IMG/VR virus record: IMGVR_UViG_3300022885_000007
Strand: one strand, 5' to 3'
DNA length: 64,000 nucleotides
Source: an uncultured virus (IMG/VR IMGVR_UViG_3300022885_000007)
Lineage: Duplodnaviria > Heunggongvirae > Uroviricota > Caudoviricetes
The translations under genes and the position numbers were made by a program. Within the stretch, counting starts at the first letter, position 1, and every line of letters begins with the position of its first letter. Below are positions 27,021 to 41,541 of this stretch, in pieces. The notes beneath the pieces were generated by a model. It was not told where the DNA came from, made no database searches, and worked only from the letters and a program-made list of their open reading frames with translations.

Positions 27021-30000
27021 TCACATAATTTTGTAAAGAACATGCTTTTTGATCTGCCATTTCTCTACTACCGGCAAACCGAACTCGTCCTCGTCAGTGC
27101 AGATATATGCAACAGTCTTCTTGACCAGACCATAACGATAACGAGAGCCAATAGTATCTGCTACCCATATCTTATGGGGGAAGTCTTCACAGAACGCCAT
27201 AGAGTCATCATTTAGTGACCACTCGAAATAGTGATTGTATTTTGTTTCAGTGAACTCACCAAGTAGGCCTGGAGTATTGAACGGTGCAAGTGCCATTAGT
27301 AAGCCGCCTGCGCTAGGTCGAATATAACATCAGTCTCTATCAGTTCAACAATACGTTTGGTCATCTCAGCTAAGTCGTCCTCTGAAAACTCCCAATAATG
27401 AAGTCCTTGACAGTAGCTACCAATGATGTTCGCAACCTGTTTTTGGCGATCATTCATGTCTTCCATGTCTTCTATTTTCATGACGCTTCTCTCTTTATGC
27501 TTGAATTAGATATACATCATACAACTTTTTGTGGTAGAAGTCAACCAATGCCCATCAATACTTTTAATTTCTTAAACCTTATCTTCATAAACAAACCATT
27601 CTATTTTATGTTTTGTGTCAGTTTCAAACCTTGATATCAACTGCTTGTATGTCAGTAGAGTCTCGGAATTGAACTCCCATAAGTAATTGCTGAGTTTATT
27701 CCAGCTCTCTTGGGTCATCATTCCGACTCCATACTCAGATTTACCATCGTAATATTCTTGTTCATCCAAACCATATATGTCAATCCGACCACAAGCATAT
27801 TTGACACTTGGTGTTCTTGAAATATAGGTTTCTCCTGCCTTCGACTTCACAAAACTACTATATACATGTTCCTCTTCGATCATTGGGATATTGTTATCTT
27901 CGTACCAACGAGTTGATACTGGGCCCATCCAGTTCGTGCTATAGGATATACTACTCATAATAAGAAATCACTCAGAGTATTGTCCGCTGACATAATTATC
28001 ACGATCTTCTGAAACACCTTTTTACGGTATGCCGTTTGAACCTCATTGAGGTTCACGTAAATTCCTGTTTCTGATCCATTGAAATTATCTGGATTGTACC
28101 ACCAAAGGAAACCAAAGAGTCTTTTCTGTAACACAAAGTATTTGTCGTGTACACCAGTACCATAGACCACACATTTGACTCGCCACAGTTTCATTAGTTT
28201 GTCTCCTCATACCCATCAGGACCGGCTATCTCAAGTTCACCAGTCGTATTAATATTCAATATTCGGTGGCCTACACTACCACCCTTTCGAGCAATATGTA
28301 ATGGGGTATGTTCTCCCATCAGAAACTCGCCGCCCTTCCACCACCGGTACCATCTGAAATTTTTCATCATTTGTTAACCTTTTTTATGTAGGGGATTGCG
28401 AAATCATATTCATATAGCCCGCAGGGAGTGAGAAACAGCTTTCCAGTATAGTTGCAGATAAGTCTCCTTTGTTTACTTCCCCCCGTGTCCCACGCTTCAC
28501 AGTCGAACCAAGTATTTGGATTTTTCGGGTCTAGCTCGTCGAACCACTGGGGGACTTTAGCCTGTAATTTAGCCAACACGTTTTCCACATTTTTAAGATC
28601 AACAAGGGATAAGTCCACCTTGTATGAATGCTCAACTAAAAATGCCTCTAGCACTTCTATAGCCTTAACGGTGTCGTCAATGACTCTGATCATGACTTTT
28701 CTCCTTATCTACCATTACCTTAGCCCTCTCACTATCGCCAATGCCTCATCATCAATTGCTCGGCTGGGCCTAGAATCCCGGCGGCGATAGTTTGGCGCGG
28801 GTGGTGGGTGAGTTGGTCTTGGACTATCAGACAGACCTGGCTTAGTTGCATGATGAACATTACCTTCGGTTAATGGGGTTTTTACTGGCGGCATTTTCGG
28901 CGCAGTTCCGACTGGCTCTGGGTTGAAAGTTTCTGTCAGGATTCGATAATCATCATTCCCATCATGCGGCTGGTTGTTGATCCAATCCTGTGCTAATGCC
29001 TCCGAGGAAAAAATACCATTGACATTATACTCACGGCCACCACACCAACAATTCTGTACAACAAACACTGATTTACTCATGATACGTCCTCTAAGTTCAA
29101 AGCCTTAAATAAAGCACCGGGTTGCATGATCTCACTACAAAGCGATGCCGACGGTGTGTGATCCTCAGGGTCTATACCATCCCACCATTTAGGGGTTTCT
29201 TCTCTCAGCTTCCTTAACAGCCATATAGACTGTCCCATAGTAGTCTGGCAAATCTCCATCACTAGGGGTATAGCCTTAGCATCATTATCAATTACTCTAG
29301 GCATTAGTTCTCTCCTCTTTTAAATCCTCTTTAAAATCGTTTAATAAATCAAACTGGTGTATAGCATTGCTTAAAGCTATTAAAGCTTTCTGGTATTGAA
29401 TTTTTATTTTTGTTGTTGGCTCATCTACATTCAAGTAAACTTCCCCGTACAGCCTTGCTAAAGTATTTTGTACATCTGTGGTTTCTTTCATGATAAGTCC
29501 TCATGAAGTTGATTCTGTTCGATCTTTGACATTGATTCTGTTCGATCTTTGACACGTGCATCGACCGCCAGGATTAGATTATGTACTGCCCTTGAAGTCT
29601 CGATATTGCCCGTATAAATGTTAGAAGTACTAATCATTGTTTGAATGGCAAGCAGTTGCTCTTTGAACCACTCACACTCAGCTTTTGCGGCTTCATTAAA
29701 TGCACCGTTGGTGTAGGTCATAAGCTCTGCTACTGTTAATTGCATGATAATGTTTCCTTATTTTTATCTCTCACCCATGATCATGGATTAATAGAGGTAT
29801 CTAACTCAAATTCGGTAAAGGCCTTGTGCAAGTCTGATTTGTCATAGACAGAATCCATTGTGATATTGATCACTGGGTTATGCACAAACCCGTCGCCGTA
29901 ATCTTCGATGGTCATCTCGGCACCGTGATCCACAAGTAACTGTCTTAATGCGTCAGTGAATGCGGTTCGACGTTGCACAGAGGCTTGGTAGTCATTAGTT

Positions 30001-33000
30001 ATCATAGTCTTTTCGCTTATTAATGTATTGTAGCGTAGAATAACACATTAGCAATGCCATGTCAATGCCTATTAACCATTTTCCCATCCTGTTGTATCGG
30101 GCAGTGTTATTAGAGCAGGATGTTCCACTTTTAACTGTACCATCCAACTCGACGGTACATCAGAGAATTCAAATCCCATATTCCATGCACCAACCTTGTC
30201 TTGGCTCACGATTTGACACACAATGCTTTTGCCCTGCGGCAATGTCAGTAACTGGGCAATTAGTTCTGATACAATCATTGCTTCACCCGACCTGTATTGA
30301 CGATAAAATAACCGTCCGACTCCATCTGTTTAAACCGCTGTCTAGCTTTATTATTAACGGCTTTATAATATGGAGTCTGTTCAGGTTTAAACATATCACT
30401 ATAGGTGTCAATGTCGTCTAGTATCATCCACAGCGCCTCTGCTTTTTTCTTCCACTCGTCTAGCGTCGCAGGCACTTCCGTCAGCGGCCCATCCCTGTTC
30501 GCATTCATTCCCATTAATTCGTCACTCATTATACTTTCTCCTTTGGTATTTTCTTGCAGATATTACCCCTAACAATGTCCCTCGCCTCTCTAGTAAAATC
30601 TGGGTCAGGGTCAAAAAATCCCGCTCATGTATTGCATCTTTTCCATGAGATCAGGGAAATTTCCTAATTGACTTTCCATTATTTCTACTTGTCTTGCAAT
30701 AGTCATCTTAATCATCACTACACCCCCATATCATCGCCATAGCGTTTTATGGCGTCCATTCCAGTTAACTCAGGAACAACAGTTTTTTCGTGTTTCCCTG
30801 TGGTACTATGCACCATTACATGCATGAAGCAAAAGTACACTACTGTCTTTGGTAGGCATGCTACTAACCAATACCAAAATTTAGTATTTGTTACAGTTCT
30901 ATTTTGATTCTTCTTCATATTTCTCCATCCTTTGTTGTTTGATTTACGTATTGCTCTTTTTCGAACAGAGTTGCGATTACAGTTTTAGGCTCTTTTGGCG
31001 TATTCTTGGTTTCAAAGGAAAGGGTTATCTTCCATCTTTTCCAAGATATAGTGTATATTCGAGTCTTAGTCAGCATCATCTTCTCCTGGTTCCTGGTGTC
31101 GTGGTGCCCATATTTCCGACTACCGACATATAGGTTTCGTAGGCTTTACCAGCATCAGTTATTGTTTCTCCGTTGTAGTGAAATCCGTCACGGTCTATTC
31201 TTAACGCTTCTACGTTATCAAAGTAAAAATAAATACTTTGATCAATAGTGCCATTAAAGACGAACTCATTCAATAGTGTTTTGGGTAGGTCGTTCGATTC
31301 TGTCATAAAAACCACCATAGATATCTTTCTATATAAACGCCAATATTGATTGCGATGAACAACCACCATGGTTTTGTTACCCAGTACCGTGCGAGCCAGT
31401 GATTGTACTCTTTCTCTAGTTCTACCAGCTCATGAAATCTCGCTCTGGACACAACTCGATCTTCAGGTTCAAGTCTGATCCTTTCTGGCCCATGCACTTT
31501 GAAATCAGATGTCGATACCATTATACTTTCTCCTTGGTTTCGGTTTTCATGTGTTTTCCTCATCAACAATGGGTACGTCTTGCCACTCGGTATAATTCTT
31601 TTCTGTTGGATCCGCAGGACAGTAATCAAGTGGCGGTTTAATCTCTTCTCTAAACTGCAAAACACGGATGCGATGCCTTGCCGCATCATAAAATCCACTA
31701 GGGCGACTCTCTGCTGACAACAACTTAGAAAAAGGATCTCTTTTAAGTGGAACACTGAGCCATCTTACTTTGTCCATTATCCTTTCTCCCTCAACATTTC
31801 AAATTGTTGTGTGCGTGGGTTGTACATGGCACACTCAGATTGTGTTGTGTCTGCTTTCCACTCACCTGTAGAACGCGCATCTTGAATCACGCTTCCTGTA
31901 AGAACTCCCGCCACAAACAAAGCAACTAAGAAGGTGCCAACGGCAATTATTCCTTTCTTATCCTTCTTCTTTTTATAATCAGTAAAGCTATTCATCACTT
32001 CACCCCACTGGCTTGAATGTCTTTTAGCCCACTCTTAGCTTCAAATGAGAGGGTTACCTTCCATCTTCTCCAAGCTATCGTGTATATTCTGGTTTTAGTC
32101 AACATCACTTCTCCTCCTTTGGTGGTGTTAGGTCTACTGGCGTGTCCAGTTGCTGATCCATAATGTTATTCAATAATTCAAGCCTAGTATCCGGCGTCAT
32201 TGATAAGTAGCCCAAGACATTCTTGGTCAAGGTATCTTGCAACAGATGCAGAAGTAGGTGCGCTTGCCTAGATGTTAGTATCATTGTTCTTTCTCCATGG
32301 ATTTAATCGCCCGTTCAAGGCTCTGGCTTGGATTTTGGTTATTGCTGATAATGCTGTATATAACGCTCATACGGTACTCGTGATTGACCCTCCGAGAATC
32401 TTTGTTCTCGCATCCTTTAAACATAAGGTGGAGTATATTGACTCCTTCGGAGGTAGTTGAAAACACCCCTCGGATTTCAGTTAGGTCTACAAAATCATTT
32501 TTACCTATTTGAATTAGGTACATGTTATTTCTCCTTTACCCAGCGATTACCCAAGATTAAATACTGCATCCCCTAAGCGTTCTCATACAATCCGTTAAGG
32601 CTAACGGCCAGCCATATTATATTTAAGATAAAAAATGGCGCATCGTTGCTGTTAGCTGAGTGGACCAATAAGAATAACGACCCCCCTCCATTTAATCCGT
32701 AGTATATCGCGCTACGCTCTTTGTACTCTCCCCATAACATAGCAGACAGTATAAAAGTTGCGCCTATATAGACTAGCATTACTCTTCGTCTACCCTCAAG
32801 AAGTGCGCTATAGCCTCGGGGTTTACATTTCTCCAAGTGAAGTTTACCGCCGCTAGTATCAGCTTAACGTCTTCGACCGTCTTAACCTTGTCGAAGTCAA
32901 TGCTCCTAACCACCCCTTTTTTGAACACGAGTTCGCCACTAGCAAGTGTATTTTCTTTTGATCCGTCCATTACTCTTTCTCCTTTACCCAGCGATTGCCG

Positions 33001-36000
33001 AGTATCAAATACTGCATTTTTCGCCAAAACCAATTAGGCTCTTTACCCTTATATGGATTCCAAGTAATATCCATGGCCGACCCACCAAACAGGTAACACT
33101 TCCAATCAGAATACTCTGGCTGTGTTGAACTGCATAGCTCTGGCGGTGGTAAATCCGCAGGGTCTAGGTAGACTGAGCCACTTGTAACCTTTTCTTTCAA
33201 TTGTTCTGCCGTGTAAAGGCTTGCCACATCTTCTTCAAAAGTGCTTTCTTTGTTCATCACTTCACCCCCACTGGCGTTATTTCACCACAAAGTATTTTTC
33301 GCGATTCTTCGATTTGTTCTCTGCTGAAAAACACTTCTAATTTGTCACGTAACTCACTAGGTCTTATTTCTGCCGTTTTCTCGTTTGACCACTCACAATA
33401 ATGCATCATTTCAACACACAATCTTAGCGGGTATTTAATATCTGAATAATTCATACCTTCACCTCTCCTCCATTAATCTAACTCTGTTGACTCAATGCAA
33501 CCCAGTATTGTTTCTTCATACATTTTATTAGCTTTTTCCTTAGCTTCATTTAAAGAACCACAACCATAAAAGTCATTAAAACCCTCTAGCGGCCCCACTA
33601 TGTCAAAACTAGGAAACTTTTTCCAACCCTTCCATGTAATCAAAAATTCACCGAGTCCACTTGTCCCTCGAACATGGTTATACCTACAACTTTCGTCACA
33701 ATCTTTTTCGTCTGACCATATAATATCTTTTATCATTACACTACCTCAAATCCGAATTCCATATAAAGTATGTTGAACCTTAGATAGCCTTCTTCCAAGT
33801 GAACACCGAACAAACTACGAAGCCCGTCCTCCCAATTATTAACGGACAAAAGCCAAAAGCCATATATTGAATCCGAAGGTATCCAATCTATTCCAAATAA
33901 GTCAAAACTCATCACTTCTTCTCAGGTATTGGGTTAAAGTCTTCTTTTAGAACATCGTAATCATCAAACTCGCCTTCATCTTGCGCTTCGATCCACTGCT
34001 GTGCTAAGGCTTCTGTAGAGAACACGGCGCTGACATTATACTCATGACCGCCACGCCAGTAGTTCTGTACTACATATACTGAGTTACTCATAACTTCTTC
34101 TCCTGTTCTTTGTTTAGTTTAGTCTCGTGTCTAGCTACGACATCAAATAGCTCGTCCTCTAGTTTCTTTTGTACTTGAAGATGCTCTGTCTGTAGATCAG
34201 CTAGTAGCTCCTTCTCACTATAATCTCTTTCATCACTGGAAGCCCAGAGTTTTATAAACTGCATAGCTAAAGCATCATCATCAATCACTCTCATACATCA
34301 CTCCAAATATAGTATAGCACACCAGAGGCCATGTAGACTGAGTCACTTGCTTATTCATCATGCGTACTCTTCTGTTAACCTATTAATATTATAGCACGTT
34401 TACCTTGCTTAAGCAAGTGTTAACTTGCATCTGAAAAACCATACGTTGGTGCGGGATTCCCCATCGCTATCCAAGAATCTCTTACCAGTTTACGCATTCG
34501 TAAAACTAGTTGTCTGTAAATCTCTCGTTCAGGGTGCTCCGTAGCGCCATAAAACAAATCATCAGCTACACGAATAATCTCTTTTTCGTAACCCAAATAT
34601 CTTACATCATTTTCCTTATCCATCTTTCTCCTTAATTGATTAATGGTGTTATGCGGTGTCGGGTATTAACCACCACTTACCTACCTCATTCCAAGGAATC
34701 TTTAATTCGTCATACTCATCCTCAAAGTCATACGGCCCGAACCAATCGTTTTCGTCGCATTCATCATCTTCATCTGCGCCATTCAATGTGTATGTAATAT
34801 GCTGGGGCGTACTTCTGTAACATATAAGCAGTGGTAACCCATATGGGGGTCGCTCCTTTGATGTTTCAGTCCATTCTATATTCATACCTTTCTCCTTAAT
34901 TGATTAATGGTGTTATATTGATACCATTTCTAGTTGCGCCATTGCTTCAGGCAGTGTGTTGCAGAAACTATCTAAAGTTTCTTCACCGCCAAACATTGGA
35001 ACGTGATAGACATTGAACCCACAAATGCATTCTTCATCGTCATAGACAGGCCGTATAAACCCGCCGCTATCACCAAAATGCCAGTGTATTGCATCGTTCT
35101 TTTTGTCGTAGTAAACCTTCAACATAACAATTCAAGCTCCCTTTTCTTTTAGTTGATTAATTACTAATTTCAAATGCATGAAATACCAAACCGTTTATAA
35201 ATCCCGTTCCAATGTAAATGTAATCAACACCCATGACTCTCGGTATTCTGTGCCCAGTTCCAAATAGCTCGAACTGTCTTGTTTCTGGTTCGGCTTCAGT
35301 ATCAACCTTTGCCCATATACAACAATCATTTCCTTGGTACGCCACTGTTAATATTTCCGCGTTTGCCGGCATCTCTATTTTTGCGCCATAAGGGCTAATA
35401 ACATACTTGTGTACTGTAAACATAATTACACCCGCCCATTTCTACAATCATAGGGCCCATAGAGTTTATTTTTTCCATATTTAAAATATCTGACATTTCG
35501 GTTACCCTCTAAACTCGTTGATACAACTGTCCGTTTTGGATAATCATATCTCCACCGCCCCAGTATAAAGACGTGGTATGAAAGTCACCATCGTTGGCCA
35601 TATCAACCCAGACTGCCATTTCTGGCTCGCTACCATGTTCGAGATCAGCCATAAACACGGGTTTGTATTCCTCCCATAACTTTTCTGCCTCGGTTCGAGT
35701 GATTAATTCAGTATCCTCTTTCATGGTTCCGTTACCTAATGCGTATTGAAATGTACAGTCTTTCATTATTTTTTTTCTCCTAGTTCCAGAACAGCGGTCA
35801 ATCTTTCTAAAAATCTGTCCCTCCAATCCTCAAAATTTAGGGGTGTTTCTCCCTTGTCTTTTAGTAAATCCACATAATAATCATAGTGTTTTTTTTCCTG
35901 CTTGCTCGTAAAATTAATCACGTATACAACCACCCGCGTCCAGTATTGCTATCTCCTCTTCTGACATATCCACTAGGGCGAGACAAATCAGATCAACCTC

Positions 36001-37143
36001 GCTAAAAATAGTTTGCTGTCTAGCGTCATGTTCATACTTGAAAGATAATCCCTCTTGGCTGTCTCGCTTATAAACCTCCCATACTGGCACTATCATTAGG
36101 TCTCCTCCTCCTCTTCATATTCACACCACTCTCCGTTAGCATCAAGTTCTTCCATTACAAACATATTCGAGTAATCTTCCATGAGTGCATGTTTATGTAC
36201 GAATAGTAGCAAATTTGCGGCGGTGTTACTGGCGGCGAGCATTTCTTCAGCCGTCTCATATGTATGAGTGACTACATGGTTTACCCCTCCTGTTACGCCC
36301 AGTTCTAAACAGGGATAGATTGATAGTTTATATTTCATGTCTTTCTCCTAATATCTGTGTCCGTCAAAATTACACGCGGGACAATGAATGGTATATTGCG
36401 GTGGTGATGATAACAGTATCACTCCTGGATCAGAATCCATTAATTCCTGTTTACAAACAGGACACTCGATTCCATTTGGAACTGGCTTCGTGCTATTCAT
36501 AACAAAGTCTAGCACAAGTCGTTTGTCTCTGTTATGTTCATCTAATGTTTTCATTGGATTTTGCCCTCTCCTTTTTGTAAGCCTGCTCGCCAATAAAGTA
36601 GCCAGCATAAACACAAATCGCCCACTCCATTAATATAGTGGCACCTGTCACTGCGCCAATAAATATCACAATAAGTACCACACGTAAACAGGTCGAGAAC
36701 GATTTATTATTATCCATTATTCTGTCAACTCCTCAACAACTGCTTCGTCTTCGTTGTTCTGAACAACTACTTCACGACCTTCTGCAAACAACATCAACTC
36801 TGATGCAACTGCTCGGGCTTGTTGACGGGTCAACTGTATTGAATCAAAGAACCGGTCTGGAACACTAAAGTCGTTCCACTTGGCCTGTGTTATTTGGATG
36901 CAGGTTTCGCGTTCAAGTCCGCCCCAGAACCTAGTCTGCGTTATCTGTTGCTCTATACGCGGAACGTTTCTCAAATCAGTACTCATGACAATTTCCTTTT
37001 TGTTAGTTAATTAGTTGTTTCGTTTAGAATCTCGATCATCTAAACGATCCTTAAGTTCGTCAACAATGTCGATTACTTGTTCAACTAGTTCCTTGTCGTT
37101 TGGATCATCAGTGTCCATTACCACTTTAATTTCTATCTTCACT
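27021..37143 (-). other. Array of about 40 short, translationally coupled hypothetical ORFs (early accessory region)
   Basis: 60-130-aa ORFs with ATGA/TGATG overlaps; promoters TTGACT-N17-TATGAT at 27516-27544 and 37178-37206. Confidence 0.7.
33825..33912. repeat. ~88-bp near-identical repeat of 63015-63102
   Basis: Shared ccatatattgaatccgaaggtatccaatctattccaaataagtcaaaactcat and flanking sequence. Confidence 0.9.
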
Positions 37144-37216
37144 GCATTCTCCTAAATTCCTAATTAATTAAGTTGCCATCATACAAGATTCGGTATCCAA
37201 AGTCAACCTTTTAAAA

Positions 37217-38098
37217 TTACAGATTGTCGAATAAGCTAATAATATGGGCAGGTGTTTTACCAGGTTTCTCTACGAAAAACTCCTTATTGCCATACTTGCT
37301 ATTGACATTCTTGTAACTTATCTTCTTGTCCTTATAAGGTAAATTGTGTTTTTTTGCTAAAACTTCTTTTCCTGTATTATGAGATACCCCTCTTGCCTGA
37401 GTCCAAGTACTGTTGCCTCCAGCAAATTCTTTCAGAATAATGTTGGTAAGTTGCAAACAACTTAGTCCAAGTAGTGCTATCTGAACACCGAAGTCAACAT
37501 CTTCATGGGAGATCATTTCGTTGTTTGCCGTTACAAAATTGATCTCATCATAGTAGACTTCGAGACCATAATGTTTCTTAAGATTTTTAAGTACGGCAAA
37601 ACTCCCTTTGCTATCATAGTTGCGTTTAAAGATAAAAAACCTATCATAGGCTGATTCTTGTTCTTTAAATGTCTTATTGAAAGGAACCTTGCCTGGATTG
37701 GTTGGGAAAAAGAAGTCTATGTCCTTAAGATCACTCACTGGAATCATATTGAATATGTCAACAAAATCCTTACTGTCACAGTGTTGATCTCCTTCATGTA
37801 AAATAGAATCGTTATCTGCGATGATTGCAAAATCATCTGGTTGAGAATAAAAATGCTTTAAGCATTCATTTCTTGCTTCTGCAGGTAACAGTAAATGCCC
37901 ATGCATATTATTTAAATATGTAACTTTGTTATTCTTTTCAGCCTCGTCATAATCTTGTGGAAACACGATAACTTCCAACCCATTACAAAAACACCAATCA
38001 AGCTGTGTGTTATGTTGCTTGATACGGGTGTCTCTGTTTTTATCGCCTCGTTTACCAAACCAAGAAATGATATAGATTTTACTAAGATTTTTCATCAA
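37217..38098 (-). CDS. GT-A-fold glycosyltransferase-like protein
   Basis: ARN..L..F, IIADND (DxD) and HEDVDF motifs. Confidence 0.55.
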   Translation of the reverse strand: MMKNLSKIYIISWFGKRGDKNRDTRIKQHNTQLDWCFCNGLEVIVFPQDYDEAEKNNKVTYLNNMHGHLLLPAEARNECLKHFYSQPDDFAIIADNDSILHEGDQHCDSKDFVDIFNMIPVSDLKDIDFFFPTNPGKVPFNKTFKEQESAYDRFFIFKRNYDSKGSFAVLKNLKKHYGLEVYYDEINFVTANNEMISHEDVDFGVQIALLGLSCLQLTNIILKEFAGGNSTWTQARGVSHNTGKEVLAKKHNLPYKDKKISYKNVNSKYGNKEFFVEKPGKTPAHIISLFDNL

Positions 38099-39177
38099 TG
38101 ATTAATGACGCCACAGTTTAATAAAGGCCCGTGTGCATCTATATTTGATCAATCTCATCACAGGCATGATAATTCCCAATTTCCGTGCCCATAGAAAATC
38201 CATAATAAGCATGCCCATCAGGACACCAATCATATAAATCATAAAGAAATCCATTACTTACACTCCATTATAGTGTATCGCCTTAGGTCAATTCCTAGAC
38301 GTTTTTTTAACATGTCATCAAGCAATGTCATGTACCCATTGAATAATGCCGTTGCTTCTTCAAAGTTCAATTCTATATCAAAGTTAGCAACTGTTGATGG
38401 TCTTGTATCAACGCCACTGGTGTTATTGAGCCAGTCAGATGTAAAAGAATTGCCTGGGACTGGCTCACTGCGTTTTACTGACAGTGTTGTCATTATTCTA
38501 CCCCTTCCAAAGTTACTTTATCGCTTGCTATGTTCATTTCGTTAGCACTGCGATGTCCTCTAATATGTTTTGTAGTGGCTTCGGCTATCTGTCCATTGCT
38601 CAGACGAATATGCATTGGTCCTAGAACGTCTACTACTTCTAACCAGTTTGCGTTTATACGTGAAACACTTAAACTTACAAAATCACCTTTAAAAATCATC
38701 ATGATACTAACTCCCCAATTGTTTGAATTTCTTCAAATCCGAATACGTTAACTATATGAAATGTTCCTTCGTTGGCATTCTCAACAATGTCACCAACTGA
38801 CAAGGAATGCATATCTCTCACCATATCACCGGTCTCAACTATTTTTTTCATTTTGAAACCAGTAACTAGACTATCGAACCAAGGATCACAACCCTGTTCA
38901 TCATCCCAGTAGTAACCATTAAGAACTTTGAACACATCTTCCAAAGTACTACCTCCAAAGTTGTCAACAACACACACCTTAGTGTAATGCTCAAACATCT
39001 CAGGCTCATATTCGTCACTACCATGCCTAGTTTTCAAGCAAGTATCGTATATTGGAAATTTCTTAGCAGTTTCGCTATGTCCACCTTCGGGGCTATTTGC
39101 AAACTGAGTGATTTCGTCACTGATTCTAACTTGATAGATGTTATACATATAGTTCTCTTTTTGCGTGAATATACCAT

Positions 39178-39206
39178 ATTATACTGGATTGTTAACCCAA
39201 AGTCAA
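39178..39206 (-). promoter_or_regulatory. sigma70-type promoter
   Basis: TTGACT-N17-TATAAT, same TTTGGGT spacer as the 22-kb copies. Confidence 0.8.
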
Positions 39207-39307
39207 CACTTTGTTAACTTATTTTTACGTACTAATATCAATGATTTGCGATTTAAATTTGGATCGTGTCGAAAATACTAAATATTTATACACACAGGAG
39301 AATTATC

Positions 39308-39535
39308 ATGACAAATAAATCAGGTTTCGAGATCAGAGCAGGCTTGCTGGTTCAAGCACAAAGCCTATTAGAGAATAATATTACTAGAAAAAACTTTGGA
39401 ATCGAAAGCAAAAATACCAGTACTGGAACCGACGACCCACTTATTAGAGAGGAGATTTCAGTAGCTGATGTCATAGCAGCCGCAAAGGCGCTTTACGAGT
39501 TTGTAAACGACAAGCAATGTGATACAAAGACATAG
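39308..39535 (+). CDS. Conserved phage hypothetical protein
   Basis: TAAATA plus AGGAG SD; FEIRAGLL..VIAAAKALYEFV. Confidence 0.65.
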   Translation: MTNKSGFEIRAGLLVQAQSLLENNITRKNFGIESKNTSTGTDDPLIREEISVADVIAAAKALYEFVNDKQCDTKT

Positions 39536-39543
39536 AGAACTTT

Positions 39544-39561
39544 AAACGGCGCAAGCCGTTT
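39544..39561. terminator. Hairpin terminator between convergent genes
   Basis: AAACGGC-GCAA-GCCGTTT. Confidence 0.7.
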
Positions 39562-40151
39562 TAGTCACGGTTCTGAATTATTTCATCAACTAAGCCATAC
39601 TCTAAGGCTGTGTTAGCATTCATGAAATTATCACGCTCCATATCGGCGGACAATATGGCAAATGTTTTGCCTGCTGAATTGTGATGGACATAGATTTCAG
39701 TTAAAAACTGTTTCATCTCTAGGATTTCTTTAACTTGAATTTCCATATCGGTGGCCTGACCTCTTGCGCCACCCGAAGGCTGATGAATCATGTGCCTAGC
39801 ATGCGGAAGTATTTTACGTTTGCCTTTAGCACCTGCTTGTGCTAGTAAACTACCCATTGACGCCGCTTGTCCCATAACAATCGTGTTGATGTCTGGTTTA
39901 ATAAATTGCATTGTATCATAGATGGCCATACCTGCTGTTACACTACCACCAGGGGAGTTAATATACAAAGAAATATCGGCATCGCTGTTTTCACTCTCCA
40001 AGAATAGCAACTGGGCTACGATTAAATTAGCCATAGTGTCATGCACTTCGCCCTCTAAGAGGATCACACGATCACGCAGTAATCTACTGTAAATGTCGTA
40101 ACTACGTTCACCACGACTTGTTTGTTCTAAAACTATTGGTACCAGTGCCAT
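39561..40151 (-). CDS. clpP: ATP-dependent Clp protease proteolytic subunit
   Basis: [21 protein letters not shown] (Ser), MIHQP (His) and ERD (Asp). Confidence 0.97.
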   Translation of the reverse strand: MALVPIVLEQTSRGERSYDIYSRLLRDRVILLEGEVHDTMANLIVAQLLFLESENSDADISLYINSPGGSVTAGMAIYDTMQFIKPDINTIVMGQAASMGSLLAQAGAKGKRKILPHARHMIHQPSGGARGQATDMEIQVKEILEMKQFLTEIYVHHNSAGKTFAILSADMERDNFMNANTALEYGLVDEIIQNRD

Positions 40152-40230
40152 AAAATTTCCTCTGTAAATATATTTAGTTGTTGATTCTGTGCAGTATACA
40201 GGTTAGGTAAACTACATGCAACACTTTCGG

Positions 40231-41136
40231 TTAAACTACTTTAATATTACTAACAAATTGTCTTTGTTTAATTCGTTCTGTTATTTCATTTGGTGATAAA
40301 TGCGATTGTATTTTTGCTAACGGTATGTTGCCTGCCCTATTATAGATATGACTATAATTATATCTCGCATCATAAAATTCTTGGTTGCTATCATAATGTT
40401 TTTTAAACAGTTTACGATATATATTCCAACTCTCGTGTGATGTTCCCCAATATCTGATAATAAAATCACTTGCATAGTGTCTGAAGGGTTTCCATGCTTC
40501 ATCGCCAATGTGGTCATCGTCATCAATTGCCATATCTTGGAGTGTCTTTCCAATCTCTACATATAATAGATAAATTGTTCCGAACTCATAAAAGTCGGTG
40601 AAGTGTGCATAGTCATCATCTTCTAATGTTCTAATATGTGGGCCACGTGGTTGATCATAATAAGTTACTAGGTGCGATGGCATCATCTTTCTAACTGTGC
40701 CTTCAGCCATAGATTCGCATCTATGTACTTCTAAGTTTAATTGTCCTAATGCACACTTAACTTCTTTGGGTGCTTCTAAGTAGAATTTGTGCGGTTCGTT
40801 AAGCATTCCATGATATATTTCAAAAATATGATGCAAGTAATTAAGATCATCTTGTTTTAGTTCCAGTGTCATTCGGCGCTTGATAAATCCTGATTTATAG
40901 TCATTAATCGTATCTACGCATTTATTGATAGCATCAACTGCTCTATGACGTTCTAAAGTCTCTGTATCGAAGCCGTAGAGTCTCCTAGAGTCATTAATGG
41001 TGTATATGTCAACTGATTCTGATAGTAAGGTAGCCCAACGTTGGGCAATGCTAGTGCTGTTGATGTTGAAATTAAAGGTGAGCGGTTCCAATTGATCAGA
41101 TGGGTCTGAATAAGTAATGTGTAGTTTTGTATACAT
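40231..41136 (-). CDS. Hypothetical protein
   Basis: 301-aa ORF with a TAAATA-N5-ATG start. Confidence 0.7.
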   Translation of the reverse strand: MYTKLHITYSDPSDQLEPLTFNFNINSTSIAQRWATLLSESVDIYTINDSRRLYGFDTETLERHRAVDAINKCVDTINDYKSGFIKRRMTLELKQDDLNYLHHIFEIYHGMLNEPHKFYLEAPKEVKCALGQLNLEVHRCESMAEGTVRKMMPSHLVTYYDQPRGPHIRTLEDDDYAHFTDFYEFGTIYLLYVEIGKTLQDMAIDDDDHIGDEAWKPFRHYASDFIIRYWGTSHESWNIYRKLFKKHYDSNQEFYDARYNYSHIYNRAGNIPLAKIQSHLSPNEITERIKQRQFVSNIKVV

Positions 41137-41154
41137 GTATGTATTTAAGTAATA

Positions 41155-41541
41155 TTATTGTGGCCTAACTAATTCCCATGGTCCGTAAGTTCCATGCTTT
41201 TCAACTTTCTCTATCATTTCGTCTCTATTATATTTTTTGTATTCAGCTGGATTATCAGGATTAATTTGTCCTGCTTTGTAATAAACTTCTTTCCGCATCA
41301 CAATGTTATTGCCGTTGCTCTTATCGATAACAACATCGCCCACTTCGACCCAAGCATGTACATGACGGATGCCTTCGATAGGTCCTTGACCAGTGACTAC
41401 TGCGTGTACCATTGACATATCATTCATATGTGCTTTTTCGAATGGATTAGAGTCCATTAGTTCTTCTAAGGCAGCTATGAAACAATCACCGCCACCGTTC
41501 TCATCTTTCTTACTTTCTATTACAAGTTCAAATGCTCTCAT
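41155..41541 (-). CDS. Transglutaminase/papain-like Cys-His-Asp fold protein
   Basis: GDCF..HAWVE..VID; start placed at MRAFELVIE. Confidence 0.5.
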   Translation of the reverse strand: MRAFELVIESKKDENGGGDCFIAALEELMDSNPFEKAHMNDMSMVHAVVTGQGPIEGIRHVHAWVEVGDVVIDKSNGNNIVMRKEVYYKAGQINPDNPAEYKKYNRDEMIEKVEKHGTYGPWELVRPQ

